Shown here piece by piece: positions 25,699 to 39,223 of a DNA stretch of 64,000 nt (positions within the stretch are counted from its first letter, which is position 1; each line of letters starts with the position of its first letter). The stretch is from Setoptus koraiensis. Taxonomy: Eukaryota > Animalia > Arthropoda. The stretch spans positions 7,006,001 through 7,070,000 of the forward strand of contig CM106586.1 in assembly GCA_048013815.1 (NCBI GenBank). Direction: 5' to 3'. Made by a program: the position numbers and the translations under genes. Below the pieces are notes generated by a model, which was not told the origin of the DNA, did no database searches, and was given only the letters and a program-made list of their open reading frames with translations.

Positions 25699-27803
25699 CT
25701 ATATATCCTCGTAACGCAAATAAATGTCGTTGGAGAAAGTCCTTTCTGTGGCCTCTTTAGAGCCCAAATTTTGAGTCTTCTGTTGGCTCAGTTGAGTTTG
25801 CTCACTAAATACTTTTGTATTATTGCCCGCAAATGCGATAAATTTGATTTGCCATTCTTCACTACATGGGTCATAGGTGGCGTGTGAATTGATCAGCTCT
25901 AGAAATTTATTTGGAATATAGTTTTCTATAACGCAATTAGCCAGCCTGATTTCTTTATTTGTTGCCCGTATTGCTGTTAATAGGTCGTCTTTCAGTTGAT
26001 TATGTTCACTTTTCACATCATCCAGCTCACTTTTAGTAGCTTTATACATTAGTATTGCCCTCTTCAGTTTCAGACCCGTTTGTTTCACTTGATCCTGTAA
26101 AGTACCAAAAGATTGCTCAATTTTGGAAATTTCTTGTTGCCTCTTTCGGTACGCCTCTTGCAGATCTTTTTCTTTGCGTCGCTGGTGTTGTAATTCTGCT
26201 TCGCTCTCCTGGAGAAGCCTTTCATGTAGCTCCGCTTTTTCGAGTAAATTCTCGCCTCCAACCATAATTTTAGCTTTGAGAGCCTTAAGTTGAGCAACAA
26301 CCTCGTTTTGTTGCTTCGTCAATGTACAATTTTGATTGTTTGTCAATCCAATATCCGACAAACTTTTATCGTCCACTTTAAATCTTTGTTCCATCTGTCC
26401 CTCATGGTTATGAACGTCAGACTGCTCACTAATTCCTTGTTCTGACTCTTGCAATTGAAGTTGATACTTAAGTTCATCGATCTGTTTCTTATATTTGCGC
26501 AACAAAGCATCTTTGGCATCTTCATTAACAACGGCCTTATTCTTGATCTTTTTGGTTCTGCTAGCGAATCTCAGGGTGTTTAGAGTTTCGTCAGAATTCA
26601 TCTTAGCAGGACTTATGCAAGCTATGAGCAATGTCTTGGAGTTTCCTCCCAAGGACTTTGATAGAAGACGGGTCAATTTAGAGTTTCTGTAGGGTATGTG
26701 ATTTGCATTGGGATTAGTCAGCGCTTGAATCACGAGCGACAAACACGTAAGTGATAAATTTATTCTTGATGATTCTTTTAATCTTTCACCGGAACTCAAA
26801 GTCTTCGATTGTCTCTCTGAACCGGCTAAATCAACAAGATGCAATTTTCCAACTCTAACTGCGGATATATCCGGATCGGTTCCAACTAAAATTGTTGATT
26901 GAGGAATGGAATGCTCGATCAGTGTTATATTGTCACAGTGGGTTGCAAATCTAAAATCTCGTATGAAGTTTTTACTCACCTTCAATAGTCTCTACAGTTA
27001 TAGAGAACAACGAATGAGATCGGCTAGAGTGCTCGTTCATTTTGGTCGCGGCTGTTGATCGCTGTCGATCACCTAATGTTTTGAGTTTCTGCAATTCACC
27101 TACATTATTGACAAGAAAACTGGAAAGATCTTTCACATAAACACCGGCCTCTTGGGATTCTCTCAACGACAGGGGTTTTTTATAATCTTTAGACTGATCG
27201 AGTTTACCTCGAATTAGTTGTTGGTTTAACAATCATACAAAAATTTACTGTGAATACATAAGTAAGTAAGATTCTTTCAACACTTACCAACAAATCGTGT
27301 ATCTCCTCATTATAGACTTCGTAATAAGACGCCCTGACTAGAAAACGGCTATCTTTGTGACTTTCAGCGATCAATCCAAATATGTGAGCATAACAATGTG
27401 ACATAATGCTTGAATGGGTATAAGTTTTACCTGTTCCTGTTTGACCATACAGAAATAAAGTACAATTGTAGCCTCTTATAACATCGTCTATCATAGTCAT
27501 TAACGATTTCGTGTAAACATCTAAATCAGTTGACTCTGGCCCAAATACTCTATCGAATGTGAATTGACGTCCATTGATATGGATTATGTCATTGTGTTCA
27601 TCGACCTGGATGGGATATCCAACGAGATTAAATGTGTGAAACAAGAACCAGTGATAAAGGTCGAATATTAAAAAATTAATCTAGCACCAATTTTCAAATG
27701 AAATTGAGGATAACTAATGACTCACAAGTACGACAGATTCTTCATTACTTTCGGTGGTGCTTAACAGTGGCCGGCATCTGACCATTACCCGAACGTTCTC
27801 CAT
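25699..27803 (-). CDS. KIF3A: Kinesin-2 motor subunit, KIF3A/Klp64D-like; exons approx. 27803-27726, 27605-27288, 27193-26980, 26885-25699
   Basis: [81 protein letters not shown], and the kinesin-2 stalk motif [12 protein letters not shown]. Confidence 0.9.
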
Positions 27804-28753
27804 GAATACAGTTATATAGTACTATAATAATATAAACATTCTGCTCAAATATTTTGAAGGCTGGATTGGTATGATTTTTGAACTAATGCCGATTCGTTTT
27901 GTCATAATAATTGAGAATATGCTCAACTTTAACTCGTACGCATCTATATCGCTGAGAGAAATCTGGTGACCCAGTTGATGAGGCGACATTGTCGTGCAAT
28001 CGGATTGTGAAATGACGATGACATAATAAAAGTGAGTTCATTCTAACTGTCTAATCATTGACACGAAGAAAAATATATCAACGACCTCGCTTGCGAAATC
28101 GAACCTGTTTTTAGGTTGTCATGGTGATCAGTGAGGAAAACAATGGCGGTTAAATTAGATAAACATTCGCGAGAGACATGGAACAGTTGTTTGGTCGCAG
28201 ATCAATTGTGTTTGACAAGAACCGATGTCAACATGGCAACGCTTTGTGGTGTCAACGACACAAATAATCATTTCAATATGGTCATTGATTGCGGCAAGTT
28301 AGTTACTGTTACCAATTAACATCTGCTATGGCGATTGGAAGTGAAATTTACAAGCCGGACAATTTGTTTCTGAAACTCTCCATGCGCATTGATCCGACCA
28401 TATACCGTTCATTGTTGTTTTGGGTTTGTTCCAAGTTGAATTATAACAAGGACACCCCGGATGATAGAAATCACTACTTTCTATCAAACTATTGGGCTCA
28501 GAAAGGATTACCGTCTCATATCACTCCGTCACGACCCATTCAAAATCAGAATGGATGAACTCGACCCGATGCAATGAGATAACTAGAATTTTTTGTTGTT
28601 CCGAGATAATCAAGCTAACATGGTTTACTTTATTTCTATATGATTAAACAAAAGTTTGTACTTTAGACAAACGACCACTTTAAATAGTCAAGTAATATGT
28701 AATTCTGAGCTAATTTATTAATGAAATCTTAGTGGTAATAGTAGTTTCGCTGT

Positions 28754-29377
28754 TCAAAATCTGGGTCTCGGATGCTTGTATGTTGTGGCATCAAAATTCT
28801 CAGCGGCATAGAACTTTAAAAGAGGGAAGATATAGAATATAAAATGAGGATTAGGCCGGCTGCGAAAATATCAAGTCCCATAAAATGGAAAATAATAGTT
28901 GATAGGATATATTACCTTGTACTCTTTGTTTTCATATCTGTTCCAGGGTTCATTTGGTCGCTTCTTGTTGTCGAAGTTCCAGCTGTGTATGTGAAAGGGG
29001 TGAAAAATGTGGATCAGAACCTAGAATGGAAAGATATGAAGATCATTGAGGAGTTTTCCGCACTTACCTCATATCCGGACACTTGGTGGCCAGTCTAGCG
29101 AGGTAGGCGAACGACATGACGAGTCCACCAGCCACAATGGCCATAACGGGTATAACCTGGTTGATACAAGAATTACAAAGATTGTATTATATTAATTGCA
29201 TGATAAAATATAGCCGTTCATGTTAGAGAGAATGTTCACATTGATGTGATAAAACGGAGTGGGGATTAATTTGTTGGGGGAAATTCAACAGCGTCTACTC
29301 ACCGCCGGGTTCTTCTTGATTGTGATCAAACTGAAGGGAGTCGGTGGTTTCTCTACTTTTATTCCGTCAATCCCCAT
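28754..29377 (-). CDS. NDUFA4: Cytochrome c oxidase subunit NDUFA4 (MLRQ family); 4 short exons, absent from the ORF track
   Basis: Hand-spliced MGIDGIKVEKPPTPFSLITIKKNPA|VIPVMAIVAGGLVMSFAYLARLATKCPDMS|WNFDNKKRPNEPWNRYENKEYK|FYAAENFDATTYKHPRPRF* follows the NDUFA4 pattern (IP..one TM..RLA...PD.SW...PW....YK.Y...P.F). Confidence 0.85.
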
Positions 29378-29853
29378 TTTTTTAGTGATTGTTGTTACAA
29401 GTTATCGATGGTGACTATTATTCAGGCTCCGATATATAATTATTAGCGTTTAAACAGAGATATAAATCTATTAGACGTGGGTCAAATGTAGCCTGGTGCT
29501 TACGCCAATGTTTGATATTGAATGAATTTTTTTCCAATGCCCTCTCTAGAGCGTTTCAATAACATTCACATGCACAGCTGTTTCTGGGCACTTTCTGTGC
29601 CAAAAGCGCACAGAGTTCGTGTAAACATTTTCCAGAAATAAACGTGTTCATGCAGAAAACGTTTCATAGCGAAAGTCTAAAATCCACGCGTTGTTCTCGA
29701 CAGTGCATCTCATGAAAACATATCCCAAATAAAATCTTATTAATTCACTATTGTTAAACACTAATCAATATTAATTCTATTGAAATCATACACCAGAAAT
29801 CAACTTATTGGCTTCTCTGATATTTACAGATTGCCTTACGAAACACAGTCAAA
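29378..29853. promoter_or_regulatory. Probable bidirectional promoter (NDUFA4 / GNL3-N protein)
   Basis: The two start codons diverge about 476 bp apart; promoter function is inferred. Confidence 0.5.
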
Positions 29854-30105
29854 ATGACCAAGGGATTCCACAAGAAAGTGTCGAAGAGGCAGCCGCTCAA
29901 ACGAAGATACAAGATCGAGAAAAAAGTTCGAGAGCACAACAGGAAGCTCAGGAAAGAAGCCAAAAAGGCCAAAGAGGCCAGGAAGAGGAAAATGGACGAA
30001 AAGAATAAGGCCAAGGCAATGGAGGTGGCCAAGACTCAGGCCCAGAGATCCAAAGCCAAAAAGGTTCCAAAATCGGCCGCGTCCGCGACGCTGGCAGTTG
30101 TATGA
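29854..30105 (+). CDS. Stand-alone nucleostemin/GNL3 N-terminal basic domain protein (83 aa)
   Basis: KKVSKRQPLKRRYKIEKKVREHNRKLRKEAKK is the GNL3/Nug1/Grn1 N-terminal signature. It stops after 83 aa, and the next gene on the opposite strand ends at 30268. Confidence 0.75.
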   Translation: MTKGFHKKVSKRQPLKRRYKIEKKVREHNRKLRKEAKKAKEARKRKMDEKNKAKAMEVAKTQAQRSKAKKVPKSAASATLAVV

Positions 30106-30267
30106 CACCATCTATCATGTATGATCGTTCCATAAAAGATTTAACTTTCGCTTATATTTGAGCCTTTATTCATTCATCAATTACAACAATCAGGATTGTT
30201 AAACTCTAACAGGTGCTATGAGTGAAACTTAGTTACTCAATACCTGCTGGTGAATTACTCATGCCAC

Positions 30268-32000
30268 TCATAACTCGTCGTGTGTGTCTGGCTTGAATTT
30301 GAGATTGGATTCGTCGGAATTCAAAATCAAATGATGATAGAAGTTGATGAGACTCTCATAATTTTTCACGCTAAGTCTCTCATCGTGACCATGAAAGCAT
30401 TTCATCTCTGTCAGCTCTACCGCTATACCACTAAATCTGTACACAGAATCTGTTAGTTTCGTGTACCATTTTGAATCTGTGGCGGCCAAAAATATGCTCG
30501 GCACTACAACCGTGCCAGGGTACACTTGCAACAGACTATGTTTGATCAATTGGTAGCCATAACAATCATCACAGTAAGGCGATACAGGACTAGCCTCGCT
30601 AGCCGGACTAGAGAGTTCCAAAGTGATCGTGTCGTCATTGATAAGTCGCTTGTCGAATGCAATAACGTCGTCCACTCGGTCACACTGATGAACTCGGTGA
30701 TTTATGATACCCCAGGCAGAATCGGGAAGAACATTCTCTTTGGTGCCGCCTTGAATTTGTGTGACGGCCGTTGATGATCTAACTAGTGCGTTAAGAGTGG
30801 GATCACTGGAAAATACATAATTTAGCACTGGCTTGAATAGCCAAAAGTTGGCGTAAACAATTTTGAGAGGCCAAGTTGAATAGCCTGCAAATACATCAAA
30901 CATTTCTCGTTCTATACCTGCGCCGAGGAAACTTGGCAATGAATTTGCATGAAATTTACCCAGGGCGGCAGCCAATTTCCCTACTGCGGTCTTCGTCGGA
31001 GGCATGGAGCCATGGCCCACTTCTCCCACTGTTGACACCTTAAGCGACAAATAGCCTTTTTCTGTCACGCCAATAAGTCCGATGTCGTATGGAATACCCG
31101 GAAAATGGGTCTTGGATATGATTAGACCCTCGTCTAGCACGTATTCCAACTTGTCCCATTTGTTTTTGAGTCTCTTCTGCAGAATCTTTGAAATCTCCTG
31201 AGCACCCTCAACCCCGAGAATTTCCTCTGTTTTTTTTAAAACAAACGGACAAAACGAGAAACAGTGTGTAATTATTAGAATATATTTGAGATGTAGGAGC
31301 TGATTGTGTGCTTGGCGATGATGGTTGTCAACTAACCGTCGTGACCAAAAGTCATGTAGTAGGTTCTGCGAGGTTTCCACCCTTTCTTGAGTAAATATTC
31401 CGTTGATTCCAGTATAGCCATAACCAAGTGCTTGGCATCCATGGTGCCACGAGCATAGATATATCCATCCTCTTTGATGACAGCCTTGAAAGGGTCAGAG
31501 GACCATTTCTCTGGGACGGCCGGGACAACATCAATGTGAGAAGTCAGCATATACGGTCTCAGTTTTGGATCCGAGCCCTTGATTGTATAGAGTAGACTGT
31601 AGTTTGCCACTATTTCACGCCTGACAATGTCGGAGTTATGGATTGTGGGATAGTCTGGAAGAGGGGGAATATTGAAACAGAACATAATTAGAATGTAGCT
31701 GAGCATTGCAACAAAGTGCATTGTTTTTGGTGTATACCTACTTTGTGCGATATAGTCTATCATTTTTGTCATCTGGGGTCCATCATAGACGTGAACTTTG
31801 TAAGATATTGTAGGGATGTTGAGGGCGCCCAAAAATCTGTTTAGAATATTGGGATCATTCTTGATGGTAATATTGTCGTGGCCCTCGAGACTGGAACAGG
31901 CTTTTGGTGGCGGTGGTGGCTTGAAGAGAAAGGCCGCTCTGAAAAGGGCCACTCCAAACACGGTCCCAATGATGGCCCCAACAATGGCTGCAGCTTTCAT
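30268..32000 (-). CDS. PM20D1: M20 peptidase, PM20D1-like (N-fatty-acyl amino acid synthase/hydrolase); exons approx. 32000-31742, 31654-31337, 31226-30268
   Basis: N-terminal hydrophobic anchor, LTSHIDVVP, YARGTMDAK, FGHDEE across the splice, EKG, GHGSMPP, GGTKENVLP, ATDSKWY, HGHDER. Confidence 0.93.
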
Positions 32001-33932
32001 CGTGTCTAGAGAATATTATTATTCTATTATTATTGTGAATGAAATATCTGATGTAAACGGTTGTTGATAATGGCCAAATAATAACAATAATAAATATCAC
32101 GTACAGCAAACGTGCAATGGATTGCGAGGGTGTCTCTCAAACTAGCAAATAATAACAAGTCATATGCACGTCGAAGACAAATGTGTGCTAGCAATGTATT
32201 TTGTCTTTCTCACGATCCAACTTGAATTCTAATGAATACTCGCGATAAATACAACTCACAGCCTGTTGTTACATGAGGTGGTGGTGGTAATAGCGATGTG
32301 GCGATGTTATCTGATGAGTCGATAGCATGTGAATACAGAAATCGTTTGTAATGTTAATTAGTTTATTCACATGCCATCCAGAAATTGCGATGTCGCGACT
32401 CGCGACAAATTAAACAAATTAAACAACCTGACGGTATCGGCGGCAAACATGGTTGTCATTGTGGTCTATGAAATTTTCATTGTGCCAATCAGCATGTAAT
32501 AATTGATGATTGATCCATTGGCTAGGCACGTATAGCCGAAACATTTCTAGCTCTCTCAGTAGGCAAGCAATAGCAATGTTGTCAGTCATTGCAAAGGTTG
32601 AGCCTCTGATTCGGCAGACTTTTGATTGGGCACGATTAGATTATTGACGAAAGATCGAAAGTAACATTATTACATAACGATAACGACCATATTGCAGGTT
32701 GTGTCAGAGGAGAGTGACATGTTTCATTTTTTCATAGAGCTTTCTTTTGGAACAGCGATTTGCAACCACTCACCCTAATGCTGTCGCAATAAAAGAAACA
32801 TCACTGATCATCTGTCGCGATACATCGCAAAGTTATCGTTATGAGTTTGAGATTGCAGACGGCTTCGAGATAATGGCAATAAAAAACACACACACACACT
32901 ATCCGATGGCAATATTTCGAGAAAGGAAAATTGGCATGTGTGGTATAGATGTTAATATGATGTTAAAATGAAAACCAGTCACATTTACATCATTTGTCAA
33001 TATCAGATGCAATATATACCGGTATATTAGATGCAATCGGGCGATCATGAAATTATTCGCCTCACTCACTGTATGTACATTGCGAAACACTGTTACAAAA
33101 TGACAGATTGATCAATTTATAACTGGAGCATGTTTCAATCCCACTGTAACTGTCAAAGTTTAACTGTCATCCATGACTGACACATTAAATGTGTATGCAT
33201 GTACATATTTATATATATACCCTCGTGCGTACCTGTGTTATTGCTCAGTGTTATTAGCCAGCGATCTTTGTGACCGATTACCAGTCCGAATGACCACTGG
33301 CGATTGAAAACTTCATTCGATTTAGTTATGTAATGTTCATTTTTACCCTACTCGCGGGCTCACACAGAGTGCAGAAATCCATCATGAAACTTTCAATTTA
33401 TTGCAGCTTCAAAAGCTCGAAAGTGCAATTAAATCCCCGCACTGTAGGTGTGTGTGCGAGCATTAAACACAACAAATTAACTAACGAAATGTGCCCGAAA
33501 TCTGAAAACGCACCATGTAATTCTTGGCTGACATCTGTTATGTCATAAATGGCCCCAAAGTAGTGCACTCGACCCGGGGAGCTCCAGTTAGTAATTTCGG
33601 GTCGATTGATCGGGTAGTATCGGTACAACGCACGGAGGCCATGATTAGAATTTGCCATACAAATGAGCGAAAAATGATCTGGTAGCAGACTTCCCGGTAA
33701 ACTCAGTGGGGCGCCTCAGCGAGAATGCGCAGGCTAGAACACAAATACGTTGAGAGTGGCACGGTAGAATCACGGTGCCAATTGTTCAGATTGCTAGTCG
33801 TTGCTTTCAAACTATGCGAAATATAGACGCAGATGCAAATAAGCAACCGGATAGATCTAAAAAAAAGGCGATAAATAAGCGATAAATAGGCGATTGTAGA
33901 AAAAAGCAATACAGTCCAAAACAAATCAAGAG

Positions 33933-34920
33933 ATGTCTAAGAGCAACATCACCCAAATACTAGTTGTAATTTGCATTGTTGTTGGTCAGCATGCAATAAA
34001 TTGCAATAATGATCTTGCTGTACCGGCTAATCAACAGCATTCGTATGACCAGGATTTGGTGGAAGATCAATGCAAAATGGTACCAATTGTACATTTGCTT
34101 CAATATCCAGGATGCCGACCCCAAACAATAGCCTCGTTCGCTTGCAGAGGCCATTGTAGTTCATACGTTCAGGTAGGTGACTTTTGTTTGATCATTAAAC
34201 TTTCGTCAATAATTGATTTTCGGCCTAAAAAAGCAATAGACCTTTTTTTCAGAATGACCGAAAACAACGAGAGAAGATTTAAATATGAGCATCATCGATG
34301 CTGTGGTTATAATTTATCATATAGATCACCGGATCTTATGATTTTTGGTTCTAAACACCCTTATGTAGATTTTCCCCGAATCAGCCGTGCGCTTTTCGCA
34401 AAAAAAAAGCTGTTCAGAAAAAAAAGTTCAGGGAAAAAGCATTTTTCACGAAAACAGATCGGGAACATCATTTTTCCCTTAGATTAGAAGTTAAAGTTAA
34501 TTAAAATTTCTCTCACAATCACAACAACATAATACTCTGTTCCAATCTCAGCCCTCTAGATCTAAATTCTGGTTATTGGAGCGCTCGTGCACCTGCTGTC
34601 AACAAATAGGGCAGAGGGAGGCCTTGATAAAATTGGATTGTCCAGGCTCTGATCAACCCGAGAGAGAGGTTAGTAACGAGTTTGATTCACATTGTGACCC
34701 GCAACTCTTAGTAAATTTTAAATGAAATGTAAATGAATTCTTTGATCGAAATGCCTCGAAGCTCCTCGGAATTTTTGTTGCTAACACCGGTTTATTTCTA
34801 CACGCACAGGTGATCACAAAAGCTCCTGTTGATTGTTTATGTCGAGCTTGCATAGATATGAGCAGAGAAGATGTTAGACCCCAGGAATTGGTGGAGGCTT
34901 TGGCCAAGGACGGCGAATGA
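33933..34920 (+). CDS. burs: Bursicon alpha subunit (cystine-knot neurohormone); exons 33933-34172, 34552-34668, 34810-34920
   Basis: Signal peptide, then DQCKMVPIVHLLQYPGCRPQTIASFACRGHCSSYVQ|PSRSKFWLLERSCTCCQQIGQREALIKLDCP...|VITKAPVDCLCRAC. This matches the bursicon-alpha Cys pattern, with three phase-0 exons. Confidence 0.93.
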
Positions 34921-36330
34921 TTCAATTCATGACATTATGTGAACCGCAGTCCAGTGACATTTGCTGCAATAGTGATTATTATCATCATAAGATGCACTGG
35001 CATGCATGTCAAACGAAGCGCCCTATTGGAAAAGAAGTGTCTTGGTGCCCTTCGAAAGTAACGAATTGAGAGCGGGACAGATGACAGATGTAATGCAATA
35101 GGAAAATGTAGTTTGTGCTCGGATAATGAATGAAAACTTGAATTGCTGCACCAGTTTTCATGTGTGCCAACATTGTTTGCCTATCTATGGCATCTCACCA
35201 GTAAGCGAACTAACGTGACAAATGTGGCCATTTTTAATCATTAGCAACAAGTGCAATTACTAACCATTTATCTGTATGTGTGTATGTTATTATTTATTGA
35301 CTGTCCCAGTCATTTAATTATGACTGAACAAAACCACTATTTGTATACTTGATTACTATGTTGCCACGATAGGCCTTCAATGATGATGGGAGGCAGACAG
35401 TTGACAGTTGTTGTTGTTGTTTCACAGGCTTCAATTGTCACCTAATCTACCAGATAGACGATCAACACACAATCAAATTAATGAGAATCAATGATATCAA
35501 TTGATGTGTCGTTATCTCGACAGCCAAAGATAGTGAACTGGTGATATTTCTAATCTAGTTTACAACACTAACCTAACACAGCCCAAACGATGTCACTCAA
35601 AACAACAACAACAACAACTATGAGGAAGGGGTGTCGAGACAAGTAACGAGCTGCATTTGCAGTCGAGAGAGCTCGCTAAGAATGAGCAAAAAGAAAGAGA
35701 GCGAGACAATACATGCAATATTGTTCGAATATCGCGTTGGCTGCCGAGAACACCAAATTATTTGGATATAAACATTGTCAGATAAGCACACATTCAGAGG
35801 AAGCGGATTGGCAAGTCGCGCGAGCATTTGCAAGTTCAAAGGTCAGCATTGTCTTGCTTGTTAGTGGCAGTTGTGCCGTTATGATTGAAACATGAAAACA
35901 AGCGGAAGTTCAACAATACACTCACCTTGACAAGTAGTTTCAGCGAAGAAGCTCGCGTATGCCGCTCGGTTGCAATATACGCCGACAGACACATCAACAG
36001 ACGATACATTTACTTTGCATTTACTTGTGTGTTCGTGTCTCACAACAAACAAAACCAATTCAATTGATAAAACACGAAAACAATTGGCATTTGGCCGCTC
36101 CGGAAAAGCAGCCAACGAAAAGCGAGAGCATTCCTCAACATCGCAACAACATATTTACAACAGCAACAAAAAAAAGCAATCTTCCATTGATCTGCTCACA
36201 GTACAAATGACAATTTGGCCAGCTATTTGCAACGACAGCAGCCAGTTAATTAGGCCCAATATTTCAATATCAGCATAGCATTTTCAGAAATTTCATTTTA
36301 CGCGCCAGCTACAAGCCACAAGTAGAAACA

Positions 36331-36609
36331 ATGTCCAAACAATCAATATATCTGACCCTAACAATACTCATTCTGTTGAGTCACCTGTCGAGCATCTGGG
36401 CAGCGGCCATCAAAGTGAACGTGCAGCCAGGAGTGGAGTATGCGCCGGCCGAAGCGGCAAAAAATTCGTCGTCGTCGTCGTCTTCGTCTATGTCGTCGCT
36501 GATAGAGGCCAGCCTCAAGCACGGTCTGTCGAGCCTATTGGAATTTCAGCGGTCCTCACTGATTAATCCCGAACAAAACATTGGTCATATGGTTTTGGCG
36601 CGAAAATAA
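36331..36609 (+). CDS. Putative small orphan secreted protein (92 aa)
   Basis: ATG in A-rich context, a clear signal-like leader (MSKQSIYLTLTILILLSHLSSIWAAA) and a Ser run. No family recognised; it may have further exons. Confidence 0.5.
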   Translation: MSKQSIYLTLTILILLSHLSSIWAAAIKVNVQPGVEYAPAEAAKNSSSSSSSSMSSLIEASLKHGLSSLLEFQRSSLINPEQNIGHMVLARK

Positions 36610-39162
36610 GCACATCAAGTTGCGGCTAACGACGAGCTCGCATCGAGGTTTGGTGCAATGAGGCTCATTAACTATACAGATGTATATATCCATCTCCATT
36701 TCTAGTCTAATATTTTAGCGTCAACCTACAGTGACCATTGGCAAACAAACAACACAAACAACAACAGCAACAGCAACAAGTACGATATAATAATAACATG
36801 TCATGTATACTATATACATCATCTGTGAGCCAGTGGGCGAATGGCAAAAATGTGCAAAAACAAAAAATAAAACGATGAAAAAAAGTAATAACAAACGATA
36901 AGTTTGACTCAAGTTGGACTAGTCGATGGCGTTCGCTTGCTCGATGGACTTGCTCGATGTGAGCACTAATGAGGAAGACTAATGAGCAAACAAGTTAATT
37001 TTGTGTGTTTGCTCATTAGTGCAAGTCCGCTTAGCACCGGCACTGGACTAGAGACAAATCAAAGCGACACTGAAGAGAACGGAAGAGCAAACACGGCCTA
37101 CAGTAGGCGCCCAAGACCAGTGCAAATGTCAGCCAGCTCTGTGCCAACATAAATATGATATTTCGGTATATTTTATATTGAACAACAACAACAATATTAT
37201 TTGTGTGTCAATGCGGTTTGCAAACAAAACCAGCCAAACAAATTGTTGTTAGAGCCGCTTTGCAGTCACTTGTTGCTCATCTTGTTGCTGCACTTGTTGT
37301 GCTCGTCTAAAAACAACAATAAGTGACACAAGACGCCCGAACTAATTATATATTATTAATAAATACACTTGCTTATAATTAATTTGTTGTCGGGCCGATG
37401 CGAGCACAAATACGGCGCACACACAAAATACAACAATATACCGAAAAAAAAATTCATGAAATAATCTGTATATACCGGTATATATTGCATTGAATACAAT
37501 ATGTGTATACGCAGCAGCAGCAGTGGCTGTAATCTTGTGAAAATCTTGCTGGGATGTACTGTATTAATACTCTAAACATCCATCGTGAGCACCAATGTGA
37601 TCATGTGGAGGAAATGAATGTGAAAATCTCTCATGAGCATTATTGTTGTGATTGTTGGCATTGCCAATATTGGCAATATTGGCTCGATTTATTGGTTAGG
37701 CAGAACTATCGTTTGCCGGCAAGCGAGCAAACAACACAATGCTGATCATTTCAGATAAAATTTGCGATGATAACAATATTACAACAATAATAATAATATT
37801 GATATCACTACGAAAATTGGCACCAACTGTTGGCGCTGCCGAAAGTATAAGATGAAAGATAAATGGTTCGCGTTCGTGCTTGCGCATCAAGATAATCGGA
37901 AGCGGCCATCTTGATACTGCGAGCGAATAATCGCAACTATCATCGCCACACTGGCGCACTCGATGGCATTTGGCATATATCAATCCATATATATCGATAT
38001 ATTTTTGAGTATATAATTAGGTATTAGTATCAAGTATAATATATAAGTATCAAGCATAATATATATACTTGTATATAGCAACATGTGTGCATTGGCGAGC
38101 TGGTGGCAAGCGACTTTGTTTGCCATTGTGACTGGCTTGCGTTTGGCGTAGGCCGAAAAGGTGGCACTGGGTGTGCTGCGCATGTTGGGGCGGCAAATAG
38201 TCGAGATTGTAAAAAAGATACCCGATAAATGGTTGGCATGGTTGACAATTGTATCATTTTATCGCCTACTCAATCTCACACAATATATCAAAATATATCC
38301 ACTGATAGGATGATTTCTCTGTGATTTCTCTGTGATTTCTCTATGATTTCTGGCCAACCAAAGAGTGGAGTGGCGCGTTGAGAGGAGCGCGCAAAGTTTG
38401 CACATCCTCGCATTTCATGTCATGTAACTGCGGCCAGAAGCGAGAGATGATCGATCCAGATAAATGCAAACGCTGATAATGATAACCAATGCGAATATTG
38501 GCTTATCAAGTGGTTGTGTATGTATCATTTGTTGTGCACGCCAGAATAACAACAGCAACAACAACAACAACAACAATCGTACAATCTCTCATAGTTGGCG
38601 CTTGAGGTGCAAGAGTAAAAGCTCGGCTCGGCTTAGGCCGCGAGCTTATCCGGCTCAATCTGTCCAATTTGTGTCTCTTGTCTGAAAATACTCTAAACAC
38701 AATAATTAATATATATATATTGAGAGCATTATATCGAGAGTTTAATTGTTGTATTTTATATATATTGTATAGTGTAATTGCGAGCGCCACCGGCACCACC
38801 GACGGCTCGGATCCTTGCTCCTTCTTCTCTGAATGTTCATCTGTTCATCTCGCTGCGATTGGCCATTATCGCTCGCTTGCTAATTGATAAGAAGCGCCAG
38901 TTATCACTCATTATATCACTGCTAGCTTGCTGGCTGGCTGGCTGCCTGCTATTATTATATCACTAGATCGCCAAATCAAATCAAATCAAATCAAATCAAA
39001 TTGAGCGAATAATTGAATCATTATTATTATTATTCAATCAGCATTATATCAACATATATCATCTTGGCCGTATCGCTTTACAATACAACACACACACAAA
39101 CACATACAGCCAACTATTACACACAGCGCAACTATTATCTATTTTAGGCCTGATTCACTGAT

Positions 39163-39197
<35 letters not shown>

Positions 39198-39223
39198 CAC
39201 ACTCATTTATTGACATCCGGCCA

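Noticed and set aside
28131-28558. Two short plus-strand ORFs between kinesin and NDUFA4
   Set aside because: No recognisable homology and different frames; unsupported.
34173-34487. C-terminal half of the 184-aa ORF at 33933
   Set aside because: Read-through of bursicon intron 1; the donor is at 34173.
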